NCBI GenBank assembly: GCA_000004985.1
Contig: GG738845.1
Strand: one strand, 5' to 3'
Origin: Naegleria gruberi
Taxonomy: Eukaryota
DNA: 64,000 nucleotides
Positions 10,508 to 23,650 of the stretch are shown one piece after another. Both the position numbers and the translations under genes were made by a program. Position 1 is the first letter of the stretch. The number at the start of each line of letters is the position of its first letter. The notes beneath the pieces were generated by a model. It saw only the letters and a program-made list of their open reading frames with translations, had not been told where the DNA came from and made no database searches.

Positions 10508-13500
10508 CTATATATTGGCTGAAGTGTTTGTTAATTTTACGAAATATTGTTGGACCAAATTGAGCACTTTTGGCTTACCAACAAAAACAGTTTTAAGCTC
10601 GTGGACAACTTGAATACACTCTAAACAGAGGAATGGGAATGCTCTTGATAATCTCAATAATGTATCCAATATTTCCTTTGCATTGGATAACTCTTCCTGT
10701 TGATTTGCTGAATGTTTGCTTGTAAAAAGATCAATACTTCCTTCTGGTGATGACATGTTGTTTGCTATTAATACAGATCTCTGGTTTGCAATTAATTTTA
10801 ATTTAGCAATGGCTGACCTTGCAACATCAATATATCTTTGTAAAGGATACTTTTCGCATATAAATGAGGCAAGTTGTACTGCAAACATTTGCTGATTAAT
10901 TTTTGGTTGATTAAGTAATTCATTAATAAAATCCATACATATATGGATTGAATCTATAAGGGAGACTGTAATAGGTAAAAGGGCAGGATTATAGGTTTGG
11001 AAGTGTATTAATTTAGATATTGGAGGATTTTCAATAAATCTTTGATGTATAAATTGGCAAATTTTTCTTTGAATAATTCTCATATCGGTACTCCCATTAT
11101 CTTCATGAATTGAAGAATTATCTTTGGAAAAAAGGTTTGGATTTAAATATTCTAACAAAAGTTGAAGAATAGTACTTTCTTGAACTTTAGAAAAGCTGTC
11201 TTTCAAGACAGCTTCATTTGGTACAACTTGTGTAACATATTTTGAAGAAGCAGTCATGAAAAGAGATAATACTTGTAAGAAAATATCCAATAATGGTGGA
11301 CACATAAAAACTCTTTGATCTACTTTGAATAATATCAGGATATTTTCATAGAAATTAATATAGGACATTTGGGAAGGGTTATATTCTTTTGGTAGTAGGA
11401 CCTGTGCTGTCTTTAATGCTAAAGACATTGGATTTGTTTTTGAAAACATCCATTTCCACCACTCTTTAAAAGCATTGAAAACAAAATGTCTAACATTTTG
11501 GAAATTATACAAAAGACCATTATGGTTAGATACATCAAGCATGAATAATATTTGGTCTTCGAGTTTCTGTGAAATTTGCTTGTCATTTCTTAGATCATCA
11601 AGTACCATCTTTGTTTTGTTTTGGTCTTTCATTGGTGTCAAAATGATTTCCTCAATAACAACAGAGGTAATATGTACATTTTCTCTTGTTTCGTAATGAA
11701 TCACACTCTCTGATAAGAGAGTTTCAAGATGGAATAAATATTGTAACTCTTCCACAACTGATAAAAGTTGACTATAAAAAACTTTGACTTGTCTTCTGTG
11801 TTCTTTGATGTATTTTACCACTTCTACAACATTACATTTCTCTATAATATTAGGTCCATATCTTTGTTTTTTAAAAATATTATTAACCGATAGAATATAA
11901 TACAATAATAAAGCTCTAGAAACTTGATTAGATTTTGGATTTTCAAAAATCTTGGCAACTTTTTCTTCTTTGAATAATCTCATTTCAAATATTATTGTTG
12001 GATGTGGAGTACAATTACTAATTAATTCATCAATTATTTTTGGAATGAGATGATGCAATGTTGAGCGTGGGTTATCAACAGATTGAATATTTTCGAGTTG
12101 TTCAAACACCCAATCAGATGCATCTACAGAATGCTTTCTAAATAATTTACTTTTCAGCATTCTAAAAACACACTGAAGCACATAATCATTGTCTGAAGTA
12201 TAAAAAGGAAGTGGAGTAACAGTCAATATGTCCTTGGCAAGCTTTTCCACAGGAAACAATTCAGAAATAAAAAGTTGAGAAATCTTATCTCCCAATTGTC
12301 TCTTCAATGTATTTTCGTCCAATAAATAACGTGATGGTTTGTAAGAATGTACTATTGTCTCACCTCCCGTTTGAGAACCTTGATTAGATGTACTTGTATT
12401 AAATGAACCATGGCCACTGTGTTTTGAATTTCTATAGACTGGATGAAGAGTATCCAATACAAAAGTAGAAATACTCTTGTAAAGCTCAGCATGAAAATTT
12501 GTGGCTAACAATAAGAGAATATTCTTAATAATAATTTTGTCAAAATGTGATGTACCTCCTTCAGTGTGCATAGAGTTGGCTACATCCATTAAAAACTTAA
12601 TAAAATCTCTCAATATAGATACTATATTACTGTTAGAAGAGTTATCAACTACCATTAAATCTGAAGAAAGTGACGCAGTCAAATTTTCTCCACAAATAAA
12701 TAGAAATGAGAATCTTAGTTTTGTAAGATGTATGCTAACTGGGATGTTTGGATTTGTGTTAATCACCATCGAAAAATCGTTTCTAAACACATTAAAATTT
12801 GAAAGAAGCATTAAAGCCGAGCATAGTCTCATTAAGGAACATGTTTCAGAAACAGATAAATCTTCTCTTTGGAGTTCACTAATAATAAGTTCTCTTATGA
12901 TTGCTTGAGTTTTTGTATTTTGTTTGATACAGTCAAACAAGCAAGATTCCGAGGGTTTAGAATCTGTAAAAATGTTATTAGCACCACTCTCAAGTACTAC
13001 ATTGAAGCAGTTATTGAAGAAGCTACAATAGTCCTTTACACAATCAAATGTTATTCCAAGACATAGATCTGAAAATTTCTTGAACTTCATACAATAAAAT
13101 CTAACTTTCTCTGCTATAACTCTAGAAAAAAGAGAGACTTGTTTTAGTATTGATTCCAACCTTGGTAAATAGAGACTTTGTGATGCAAATTCTCTTATTA
13201 AAAATTCAATTACTTCTTCTATAATATAAGGGTGGTTAAGCATGATTGAAATAATATATTTTTCGGAGAAACAATGTTGATTCTTATTTGATGATTGATC
13301 ATCTCCGAAATATGAAGGTAATTGAAGACTGAAAAGAAACTTGATTAAATCTTTAAATAACCAAGTCAAGTGTTCTTCATTTTGTAAATTTTTTCTCCTA
13401 TTAATTGCTGCCTGTATAATTGAATGATGATATTGGCCAACATTTGATGGAAATAAAAAGCAAGGCATTTGCATCAAACAAAAAGAAAGAATAAAACTAA

Positions 13501-14028
13501 TCTCTGTAAAGTATACATCATTACAGAAAAGTATACTACTTGGATAATTTGTTGTTGAATAAATTCCAAATATTTCCTTCAAAACCATGCTAAAAAACTG
13601 TTGTTGGCAACTTGATAATCATCTTTAACCTACCTGACTCTATTTTGTGGATCGGAATTTTCAAAATTGATAGTTATATTATTATTGATAGGATTTTGTT
13701 GATTATTAGTAATGAAAGTAATAAAATCCTTCTCAATAGAATTCCAATCAACTTGTCTGTACTTGTTGCAAAGTCTAGAATATTCATTCAAAAAAGGGGA
13801 ATTTAAAATGTTGTATAAATGAAGTTTGTTGTTGGAGTTATTTGGTGATTGGAAATGTTGATGGGAGAGGCAAGGAATGTAAAATTTTAGATCGTTTGCA
13901 AAAGGAGTCACTCCGTCAAATAATTCCAAATTACAATCGTTGTTATATACTATTTTCTTTAAATTAACAACTTCATGTTCTAAAATATCAAAAAGCCTAG
14001 ATGTAATACACTCAAAAAAGAGGGACAT
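10508..14028 (-). CDS. Large (about 1150 aa) alpha-helical HEAT/ARM-like protein of unidentified family. Two exons, with a 44-nt intron at about 13590-13633.
   Basis: The 1026-aa ORF is joined in frame to an upstream 132-aa ORF through a GTAGGT..TTTAG intron, giving the junction ...DPQNRVS|MVLKEIFG. I see no recognisable catalytic motif. Confidence 0.5.
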
Positions 14029-14094
14029 GTCACCAATGTATTTTTTTTAATCTAAAAATTTTATTAAATTATTAAAATCACAAACAAAAACTAA

Positions 14095-17000
14095 TTAGAA
14101 TAGAAGTGGGAGTGTTTGAGATTCACGTTCTTCGGAATCTAATAACATTCTCTCAAAAGACCATTTGTTTTTTTGAAATCTAAATAGGGAACTATCATCA
14201 TACCATTCACTTGATGGCTTCAGTATAAATTGTAATAAATATCTACAATTATCATCAAATTGTTTCTTTTTCACCTGAAGAGTCTCTCCTCCAAGCATCT
14301 TATACATTCTCTTTGATGAAGCGGATTTCTTCTTGTTGTTATTGATCACTAATCGACACTTTTCTACTAAAACTTTTCTAAGTTGAGTGTAATACTTTAG
14401 AAATTCTTTCTTTTTTAAAGAAATAGCCTTATCTTGTGTTGGTATTTTGGAAGATTCATACCTTAATTTGTCCAATAAAATTTTCACGTATTGTAGAAGT
14501 TGTTCCTTGTCTGATTCTGCAATGGATGGAGTATTAGTAAAGCAATCAGAGATACATTTAACCAGTAATTTAAATCTGTACAACAAATTTTCCTTCAGAA
14601 AAAGCTCTTGAATTATTTCAAAATAAATTGAAAATAAGGAAATATCTCTGATAGTAATACTGGAACTAGAGCTTTCACTCTTCAAGCTTTTGTTATCACA
14701 AAATTGCCATTCTTTTTCAGTGAATCTATTCAATAAAAGATTGACCTTTTGTTGCATTGAGCTTGACATAATGGTACCAAAAAGTAAGGCAAAAGTTTTG
14801 CTGTTGAAACTAAACTTGTGATAACTTGTTAAAATATCAGGAGAAAATTCTGGAATATTATTACTTGCTATTTTAGAGGTAGTAAACTTTACGCTATGAA
14901 TTGTTAGTAGTGATGAAATAAGATTTAACTTACCAAAATATTCTATCATTAGATTTGATTGGTAGAATATTGATCGAAGCGTCTCCAATTTTAATTCTTC
15001 TTGGCATTCTATATTTGAGATTTTCGAAAAATTCCTTTTTGTGAATTTTCATCAATAAATATGGTGATTGGTCTCTCTTTTTTTCTAGATAATTATTAAC
15101 CTTATCTAGAAAGAGGGTCTTGGAAGGTTTTTCTATTGGATAGAAAATACTTAAATACTTGGAATCAATAATATGAAAATTCTTTGAATAGTTTTGAGCA
15201 TTATGCTCAAATAGTTGATTTCTGTAGTCAGATGAATCCAGAGAGTAGGGATAGCCAGTAACATATAGCAAACCGCTTTCATTCGGAGTTACAGTAGAAT
15301 TGTTAAAATGTGAAACTATTCTTTCGTATTTCGGAGTATCTGATGATGTGGTAAAGAGAGTAACTAAAATTAGTGAATCTTTAAAATATGGGAAAATGTC
15401 CCTATTATTCTTATCATCGCCATGATATCTGGAATCCCAAACATATAAAGCAAAACCTATAGATCTGAGTAATCTTTTGTAATACAGGTATGCTTTAGAG
15501 GTTAGATGATTACTATCCGTAACTAGTAATGCTTTTCCTAGATTAGTGTTATGATAGTTACTTGAAATGGATTTGTCTGGTATTAATACTATTGTTTGAA
15601 CTTTCCTTTCTATGGTATTTCCTTTATATTCTAACTCTATTATCAAATGGAATTTTCTAAAGCCAAGAGTTTCTTCATCAATTTTCTTATGATTCAATAT
15701 CTGTAATGCAAAATTAAGTGTTGTCACTCTTTCTGTTAGTTTTTTCTCTAGAGTAAATGCCAAGTCCTTTTCAATAACCTTCATATCTTGAGGTATGGAG
15801 GAAATAGACTCAATTATAGAAAGCTCTGGGTCCATTTGAGAATTATGCCTATCAAATTTGTTTCCAGTTTCTTGTATTAAAAACACATTATCTGTGAATA
15901 TTCTTTCTGTATCAACATCTTTGTTAGTAATGTAAACCTTGATACTGGAACCAATAAGGGTATGTTCAGTCTTGTTTTCTATTGAAATGGTAAATTTTTG
16001 AGAATTATTGGAAATACCCAGTGCAGATGGACAGTCAAACGAAGAAAGAGATAATGGATAATAAATAGGCATGTCACATAATTGGCCTTGAGATAATGTT
16101 AAGCCGTCTTTCTTTCTAATAGAATAACTCAGGCAACATGATTGAGAAGTAATTTGTTGTGGCTGTTTAACTTGCTTTCCAACCAGTAATCTGAGAGGGA
16201 GAGGTAATTTAACACTTTCTCCTCCGCTTAGAGTTGGTAGTGTTAATTGGTTATTGGATTCTGATGATTGATTTAACTTTAAAGAATTAGAAAATCCAAG
16301 TACATCAGCAAAATCATTTCCCTCAAATTCTATAAAGCAATAATCAGGTGCAGATAAGCCTCCTGTATTCTTAATTTCAATATCTGTAATTGCCAATTCA
16401 CATCCAGGTTCAATAAAGTGAGTTGGATCTACTAGATCCAGCTCTGAAGAGTCAAAATTGTCATCCTCTAATATCAAATTATGACCTAAACTTTTTTCTT
16501 TGATAGCATTGGCTACAATCTTTACATTGAATGACATCACTCTCAAACTGAAAGTTGTATTGGCCTGTTCTATCACATCTCCAGTTTGTTTAGAAACTAC
16601 AATATACTTGATAACACCACTTCTTCCCTTTCTACCATTGACACCTTTCCAAATAGAATTATTTTTGGTTTTTGTTTGATAGCCACTAAAACCTGTGTGT
16701 GAAGGTGTCTCAAAGAAACTCAATTTGGAAAATGTCAAAACACTTGATTGACTGGTAATAGTAGAGAGTGGAACCTCTGGTGGAAGCACTATTGAATTAA
16801 CATCAAAATCACCAAAACTACTTTCTATGTAGGGATCTCCTCCATTCCCACCTTCACAACAAATTTTTAAATATTGTTCATCCAATAAATACTTGATATG
16901 TTCCTCAATTACAATAGTTACATTTCCACCATCTCCACCATCTTTACCCATTATTGATTCATTACTGCTGTTATCAAATGAATCACCAAAAAGTTGACTT

Positions 17001-17452
17001 GTTGGACAACCATTACCTCCTGTTCCACCTTCTGTAGTGATGAAAATATGAGGTTTTCGGGAAGAGAAATTTTCCAATTCATAAACCTCTTCAACAGTAT
17101 CATTTTCATTGGTAGGAGAAGACATAAAAACAGAAACTCTCAAAGTATCCTCTAGTAATTTGATGAGTACCAGTAGGTGTCTACCATCTGCTCCTATTTT
17201 ACCTAATCTACCATTAGAACCAGAACCATCAACAACTAACTGTTCATCGTTTTTCAACTCTATAATTTCAGATTCATAGATGGATTGTGTTGTAGAATAG
17301 TTAGTTGTATTTCCTTTCGTGTCCAAATCTGTATGTTTTCTTTCCGAGTTGAATAATTTGAAATCAAAATTATTCTTATAGTGATTAATATTGTTATTAT
17401 TTATACTATTGTTCTTCAGGTCTAGCTTTAATCTAGAGAGTAGTTCATTCAT
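14095..17452 (-). CDS. Large (about 1100 aa) protein containing an Obg-fold-like glycine-rich module. Two exons, with a 40-nt intron at about 14894-14933.
   Basis: The 840-aa ORF ends ...IFW. A GTAAGT donor at that point and a TTCATAG acceptor restore the frame into the 14095-14988 ORF, so the latter's TTG 'start' is intronic. An internal segment reads TEGGTGGNGCPTSQLFGD...GKDGGDGGNVTIVI. Confidence 0.5.
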
Positions 17453-17762
17453 TTTCTTTCATCTTGCCGTTAATGATGAGATTAGTCTTGTATGTTACCA
17501 AGCACAAACACCATCTTTGTTATTTGCTCATAAAACTGAAATTCTATTTTTTTAGAAAATGCTCAAATTTAATTAAAAGGACTTTATTGAAATAAAACTA
17601 ATATTACTTTACAAACATAATATTATTTTACAAATAAGTATTATCTATTGTTCTATTAATACTAGACCAATAATCCAATTCCCTTCCAAAGAATTCTTTC
17701 ACCACAAAGAAAATCCTTTGTTCACACCAAAAGCCAAACATTGCAACAAGTTCGAAAAAAAA

Positions 17763-20700
17763 ATGAACAACAATCAACAACAACAAGACCAGATTTTCCA
17801 AAATCTTTTGCAGGCAATTCACATCATCCACAACTCTTCTTCACCACAACAACAAAGATTGGAGGCTCAACAGGTAAATATTAAAATAATTTTTTAAACT
17901 CATAATGAAAAGTTTGTTGAAAACTTTAAAACCAATCAACCAAACAAGATTGATTTTTGTTGGACTTTTATTAATAATAATCAACCGGAAGAAGTTAGAC
18001 ATTTTGGATTGCAAATAATTCATCATATTGTTAGTAGAGAATGGCCAACAATACCTTCAACCTATCAATCAACACAAGCAAAAATTAAAGTAGCACAAAC
18101 ACTATTGGATTATGCAGCATCGGGCACAAAACACATGTTGGAAGAAAAATCATTTATCAAGGAAAAATTAGCTTCAATATTGTCAATAATAACAGAACTA
18201 ACTTGGCCATCTGTGTAAGTTGATGACAAATAGTTTTATTTCTTATTAATATTTTAGAATACCTGACATGTTGGAAAATATTGTTAAATTAACTGGTATG
18301 GGAGAAACACAACGAGAAATTGCTATTATCACTTTGAGATCCTTAGCTCAAGATTTGACAAGTGATTTTGCTACTGATATGCCACCTAATAAGAGAAGAG
18401 ATTTAATCGAAAAATTGCAACCAAAGATTCCAGACATTTTTACAATGGCATTTCAATTATTTGATACTTCATTTGGAATTTATAAGTCTAAAAATGACCA
18501 AAAGTCATATACTATTAATCAAAAATTGCTTAGGTCATTAATAGACATGAGCATGGCATTTGTTAGCGATTGGCTAGATCCAGCTCACTTTTTCAATCAT
18601 AATATTATTGACATTTGGATTAGTTTAATGCATGTTGAAGAATTTAAAATGGTAAGTGATTTAAATTGTTGGAATTATTCTTTAATAATTTTTTTAGGAT
18701 TCAAGTCATTGTTTAACCGAATTTGTAGATGTTTCATGGGGTTCAAAGAAAGAACTAAATATGGCTAATCACATGTCTATTCTTTTAGCTAAATTATGTG
18801 AAAATGCTAGAATTATTCTTGGAAAAGCTAATCCTGACAATTTGGAAGATGAATATGAATTTCACAAAGTATTATCAAAGTTATTTGTTGCATTTTCTCA
18901 AAAGCAATTGAAATACCTTTCTGAAAAACATACTGAGATTGTAGACAAGTAAGTTTTTGTAAAACAATTAAGGTGTAACGTTCTTTTACGAAAAGTTTTT
19001 TGACAGTAGTATTGGAATTTGACAAACATCCTTCATTGGTTATTTTTAATGATACTCTTGTGATTTGGAATGGTATTTTCAGTAATCCAAAACTTCCTTT
19101 TTGTAATGCACCATTTTTGGCAAAATATTTTGAACCTCTTCTCCAAGTAACCAGATTAAAAATAACAAAAGAAATTGGTAATCCAGACGTGGAAAGATTC
19201 GAAAGTAATCTAACACATCAATTGTGTTTAATAGATTTCGAAGATAAAAAGGAATACTATCAACTTCATGGCTCTATGAGAAGTCAAGCAAGATCGCTTG
19301 TACAACACATCACACATAGAGTACCTTTTGATTCTGTTAAATTTGCAACTCTTCAAGTAACAGAGGCATTAAAGACAAACGCTCCAAATCCAAAAGATGA
19401 CAAGGGACCTAATGGATACTGCAGTGTTTTTAGTGATGCTTATCTTTTATGGGAATCTTCAACTACATTTTATGAGTGGGTAATTGAAAGTGTTAGTAAT
19501 GATAAAGCATCTGGTGATGAAAGAATAATTGAAGCTGAAATGTACTTGCTTGATATTTGCCTCAAATTTAGTACTGATGATCCACTTATTCAAACTGTAT
19601 TTGTTAGACTTTTCAAATCTTTCTCTCATCTCAATAGAAGAAATAAGAATTCATTGATGGCAATCGCTGAAAATTTATTCAAACAAATGCAATTTAGACC
19701 AAGTAAGGAGGTTGGAAAAGCTGTTGAGGACCTCACAGAAGATACATCTTCAGCTAGACAAAAGGCTCACACAACTTTCATTTCACTTTGTCAATCCAAT
19801 GCTAAAGATCTTCCTCAATTCTTAAAAGAGTTTGTTAATTTAGCAGAACAACTCTGGTCAAAGAAAGAAATTTTAAGTAACGAACTCATTTTAATGTATG
19901 AAGCCTTTGTAGTTATTAGTAATGAGTGGAAAGATTTTAATCAACAAAAGCAATTTTTAGATTATTTATTGAGTCCACTTATTAACGAACTCAACTCTAA
20001 TTTATATAAGGAAGTTATGAATTCAGTACCACTACTTTACCAAGCATGTGGAATTTTAAACGAAGAAAATCAAGAAAAGAAGGCAAAATTAGAAGATATC
20101 AAGAGTAGAATATTCCATATACTAACAACAATAACAAGTTTGGCAGACAGAATGCCTGAAAATCCTCAGGATATGGGTATGGTAGATCCTTTGTCTAAAC
20201 AAGTTAAATATCCAATTTCAACCTTCATTTTAGAAGTTTTACCAAATATTCTTGGATTGGTAAGAACCATTCATATGTGCTACACAGTAGAAGGTCAAAA
20301 TCTAGTTCCTCAACAAGTAAGAAAATACATTTTACATATTGGTATTGATGAACAATACATGGCTCGTGGAGATGCTTTTGTACAGTCAAAGGTTTCATCT
20401 GAGCAATACACAATTCATAGAATCCATTATTACTTGACAAATTTAAGAAGATTGTGCTATCTATTAATAGGACAAGCTTGTAAATATTGTGATAAGGAAT
20501 TGTTTTGGGCTAATCCATCTTTATTCCAAATGTTAACAGATTCTGTGTTTTCTTTTATTGAATTTATTGGTATTAGAGACCTATCATTGATGATGTTAAA
20601 CTTTTTCCAAAACTTTTTCGAAAATATTCCAGAAGAATTACACAACACTTTACTTTTGAATATTTTGAAACCTCTCCTTTCACTTTTGGCATCAAGAATT

Positions 20701-21471
20701 GAAACAGCACAAGCAGAAATTTGTGATAAGGCTGGACAAACAATAGGAGATGAAGGAGTTCTTGATGAAATAGTTAAGGAAAAACACTTGAAAGAATTAT
20801 CTTCTGTTGTTGTAAATATTATTTTGAGAGCTACCAATTCAATTAGAATATCCAAAGATAATCTCAAACCAAAAGCAGATGTTATTTGTACGTTTATTAT
20901 TGGAAATAGTGATTTGGTAGGCTTGATTGTGATGCTTTTCTGTAAAATAATTGCTGTAATGTTAGATCCAACAAGTGTTGTGAAATGCGTAATGATTTGT
21001 GATAGAATTATTCGTTTTATGAGTAATAATCAATTAGGAGCCTATACTAATTTATTTGCTGGAGAGCTTTTCTACTCATTACTGAGATCTTTAATGACAA
21101 CAGTTGATGAACAATTGCAAGATTCTATCATTTCACTCACTACATTTATTTATGGTTGTTTTAGAAAAAAGACAAATACTATGCGAGACATTTTAACACA
21201 GGTACCAACTTTAACCCCTCAAAAGGTTAAACATTTTGATGATGCATTCGGAAAAGCTAATGATGAAAAGGATAAGAAAAAGAAAGTCAAGACTCTTTTA
21301 TCTACAATCTGTGGTATGCAAAAAGGTGCACCTTCAAAGTCAAAATCTCTCTTATCTTTAACAGGTACAAATCCAATTCAGCAACAAAGTAATGACAAGA
21401 AGAAGGGATCAAAGAAACCAACTTCATTCCTTGATAATGCCACAGTTGCTGAACTTCAAGGTTTATTTTAA
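17763..21471 (+). CDS. XPO5: Exportin-5, a karyopherin-beta family member. Five exons: about 17763-17873, 17913-18214, 18258-18651, 18698-18948 and 18996-21471.
   Basis: EEVRHFGLQIIHHIVSREWP resembles human XPO5 VAIVRHFGLQILEHVVKFRWN. IKEKLASILSIITELTWPSVIPDMLENIVKLTGMGETQREIAIITLRSLAQD...PPNKRRDL resembles IKDALSRIVVEMIKREWPQHWPDMLIELDTLSKQGETQTELVMFILLRLAEDV...PPQRRRDI. All introns are 40-47 nt with a GT donor and an AG acceptor. Confidence 0.8.
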
Positions 21472-21473
21472 AA

Positions 21474-21481
21474 TGGCGCCA
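21474..21481. promoter_or_regulatory. TGGCGCCA palindrome (E2F-like TTTGGCGC core on the minus strand), 44 bp upstream of the channel ATG and directly after the exportin-5 stop.
   Basis: The sequence is aaaaTGGCGCCAaataaaa. It is a GC-rich 8-mer sitting in an AT-rich spacer. Confidence 0.3.
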
Positions 21482-21524
21482 AATAAAACTACAATCATTT
21501 TTTTTCAAAGCTCAAAAAAAAACA

Positions 21525-23612
21525 ATGCCTAAGAAAAAGCAATCCAAAGAGGATTTTCCAACCTCTCTCGGAGAACTTCTAAAGAGGAAGGAAAATTTTG
21601 TTACCAAACAAATTAACGATGAAAAAGCTGAGAAGGAAAAAGCAAAACAAGAAGTTAAAACAGAATCAAAAAAGTTACCATTCTACAAACGACCTTTTTA
21701 TTTAAAGTATATTAAACCATCAATTCTATTTCTCGTTGATAGAAAGAAATGGTTCAACAAATGTTGGATGGTTTTTATATTTTTGATTGAATTGTATAAT
21801 TCCTTTATAATTCCATATAGAGCTTCTTTCGATTTTGAAAATTCAATGATGTGGTATATTGCTGATGCTCCTTTTGACTTAATTTTGTGGCTTGATTTGA
21901 TTCTTAACTTTTTCTATCCTTATAGAGATGCTATGAACTTGTGGGTTGATGATTTTAAGAAAACTGCCAAAAGGTATGCAGTCAAAGAAAAACTTGGATT
22001 ATGGACAGATTTGATTTCATTATTTCTTCTTGATTGGATTCCAGTCGCGGTTGCTACTTCAAGTAACGATCCAAGCCAGTCCTATCGTGCAGTTTGGAGG
22101 TTGAATAGAGCTCTATTATTTTTCAGAGCCCTTAAAAGATTCCCTAAAATTGAAGCTCTTATTCCTGCCAAATTCGCATCGATTGCCAAGATGTTCAAAT
22201 TACTTAACTTTGTCATTATCGTCGCAATGTCTGTTCACATTTCATCATGTGTTTGGTTTTCAATTGTTATGGCTGAATATCCTGATTCACAAGTATTTAC
22301 ACTTAGTGCCTCAATTTTTGAGCCATCAACCACTACTTTGTACAAGTATATGTATGGTTTTTACTGGAGTTTAGTTTCCATGGCAGGATATGGAGGTACC
22401 ATGCCTGTCTCTGATTTACAGGTTGCTTTTGTAGCTATTATTTACTTAGTAGGAATCGCTGTCTTCGTTACCGTCATTGGTATCGTCTCTTCATTAGCTC
22501 AGGATTTAAATGTAACAGAAAGTGCTTTTATAGAAAAAGTGGATGCAGTAACAGACTATATTAATTCAAGAGGATTGTCAGCTTCCTTAAAAAAGCAAAT
22601 TTTACAATATTACCAATATCTATGGAAGAGTAGAAAAGGATTGGATGAGTCAAAGATTATTAGAGAACTTCCTGATTTTTTGAAAATAGATGTTGCTATG
22701 CAGCTTAATGCTGATATTGTAAAAAAGGTTGAATTGTTCAAATCTTGCTCTCAGAACTTTATTCATGAAGTTGTTATTAACTTGAAACCTAGAATTGTCA
22801 TGCCTGGATCTTATGTGATCAGAGAAGGAGAACCAGGAAATGAAATGTTTTTTATTGGAAAAGGTGTAGTGGAAGTTAGATCTAAAACAGGAGTTTTGTG
22901 GTCAACCCTTGGAAGTGGTTCTTTTGTTGGCGAGACTGCTCTAATTGATTCTGTTAAAAGAACAGCCAATGTTATTTCAATCGAATATGTTGACTTGTTC
23001 GTGTTAGAAAAGGAAGCTTTTGATGAAATTATGTCAACTTATCCTGAAGATGCCAAAAATGTTATTGCAACCAGCGAGGCAAGAAAACAAATGAACAAAC
23101 AAAAGGCAGCACAATCAGCCCTCAATCTCAAAGGAGACACAATTCCATATGAAGAAATTACCAAACTATTGGAAAAGATTTCAATTGGCCTTGTTTATCA
23201 AAATGTAGAAGGAAACGACTTGTTCAAAGCACTTTCAGTAGTTATTCACGATCCTGCAGAGGTAATTATTCATCACATGGATGAATATTTACGAAATAAG
23301 AATAAGGAAATGCAAAGTATTATTCTTCCAAACGCAAATTGTGCTGATATGGATCAATTTATGGAAAAGTTGAAAAAAGGTGAACATAAGGCTGGTGAAA
23401 CTGAAGTTAAGGTTATTGCTTTGCAAATGAGAAGAACAATTATTGTTGCGAATCCTATAGATGGAGGTAAATTTATTATTCACGGACATGATGGATCAAC
23501 ATCTGAAGTTTTCGAATTGCATGATTTGAGTGATTCTGATAGATTCCACAAACCTGTTATTATTATCACTAGTGGAAAACCAGGTGTTTACTTGGCAACC
23601 AGAAAGAAATAG
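21525..23612 (+). CDS. Cyclic-nucleotide-binding six-TM cation channel (CNG/K-channel-like) with a C-terminal OTU-like domain. Single exon, 695 aa.
   Basis: The protein has S1-S6 hydrophobic segments and a pore motif SMAGYGGTMP. A cNMP-binding domain reads FIGKGVVEVRSKTGVLWSTLGSGSFVGETALID...RTANVIS. The C-terminal 150 aa carry OTU-like motifs VEGNDLFKALS and GETEVKVIALQMRRTIIV. Confidence 0.75.
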   Translation: MPKKKQSKEDFPTSLGELLKRKENFVTKQINDEKAEKEKAKQEVKTESKKLPFYKRPFYLKYIKPSILFLVDRKKWFNKCWMVFIFLIELYNSFIIPYRASFDFENSMMWYIADAPFDLILWLDLILNFFYPYRDAMNLWVDDFKKTAKRYAVKEKLGLWTDLISLFLLDWIPVAVATSSNDPSQSYRAVWRLNRALLFFRALKRFPKIEALIPAKFASIAKMFKLLNFVIIVAMSVHISSCVWFSIVMAEYPDSQVFTLSASIFEPSTTTLYKYMYGFYWSLVSMAGYGGTMPVSDLQVAFVAIIYLVGIAVFVTVIGIVSSLAQDLNVTESAFIEKVDAVTDYINSRGLSASLKKQILQYYQYLWKSRKGLDESKIIRELPDFLKIDVAMQLNADIVKKVELFKSCSQNFIHEVVINLKPRIVMPGSYVIREGEPGNEMFFIGKGVVEVRSKTGVLWSTLGSGSFVGETALIDSVKRTANVISIEYVDLFVLEKEAFDEIMSTYPEDAKNVIATSEARKQMNKQKAAQSALNLKGDTIPYEEITKLLEKISIGLVYQNVEGNDLFKALSVVIHDPAEVIIHHMDEYLRNKNKEMQSIILPNANCADMDQFMEKLKKGEHKAGETEVKVIALQMRRTIIVANPIDGGKFIIHGHDGSTSEVFELHDLSDSDRFHKPVIIITSGKPGVYLATRKK

Positions 23613-23650
23613 AATCACCAACAAAATATCAACTATTTTGGCTATTTGAC

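Noticed and set aside
14930-14988. The two minus-strand ORFs (14095-14988 and 14930-17452) apparently overlap, which could be read as two genes.
   Set aside because: The downstream ORF begins at TTG, not ATG. A GTAAGT donor at the end of the upstream ORF and a TTCATAG acceptor 40 nt later join the two in frame. They are one gene.
18009-18218. Several ORF-track entries begin with M at TTG or GTG codons (for example 18009, 19000, 2271, 5312, 7692, 35811, 56112 and 56501).
   Set aside because: These are internal exons of multi-exon genes, or N-terminal extensions, opened at alternative start codons by the ORF caller. The real ATGs and splice acceptors are identified in the feature list.
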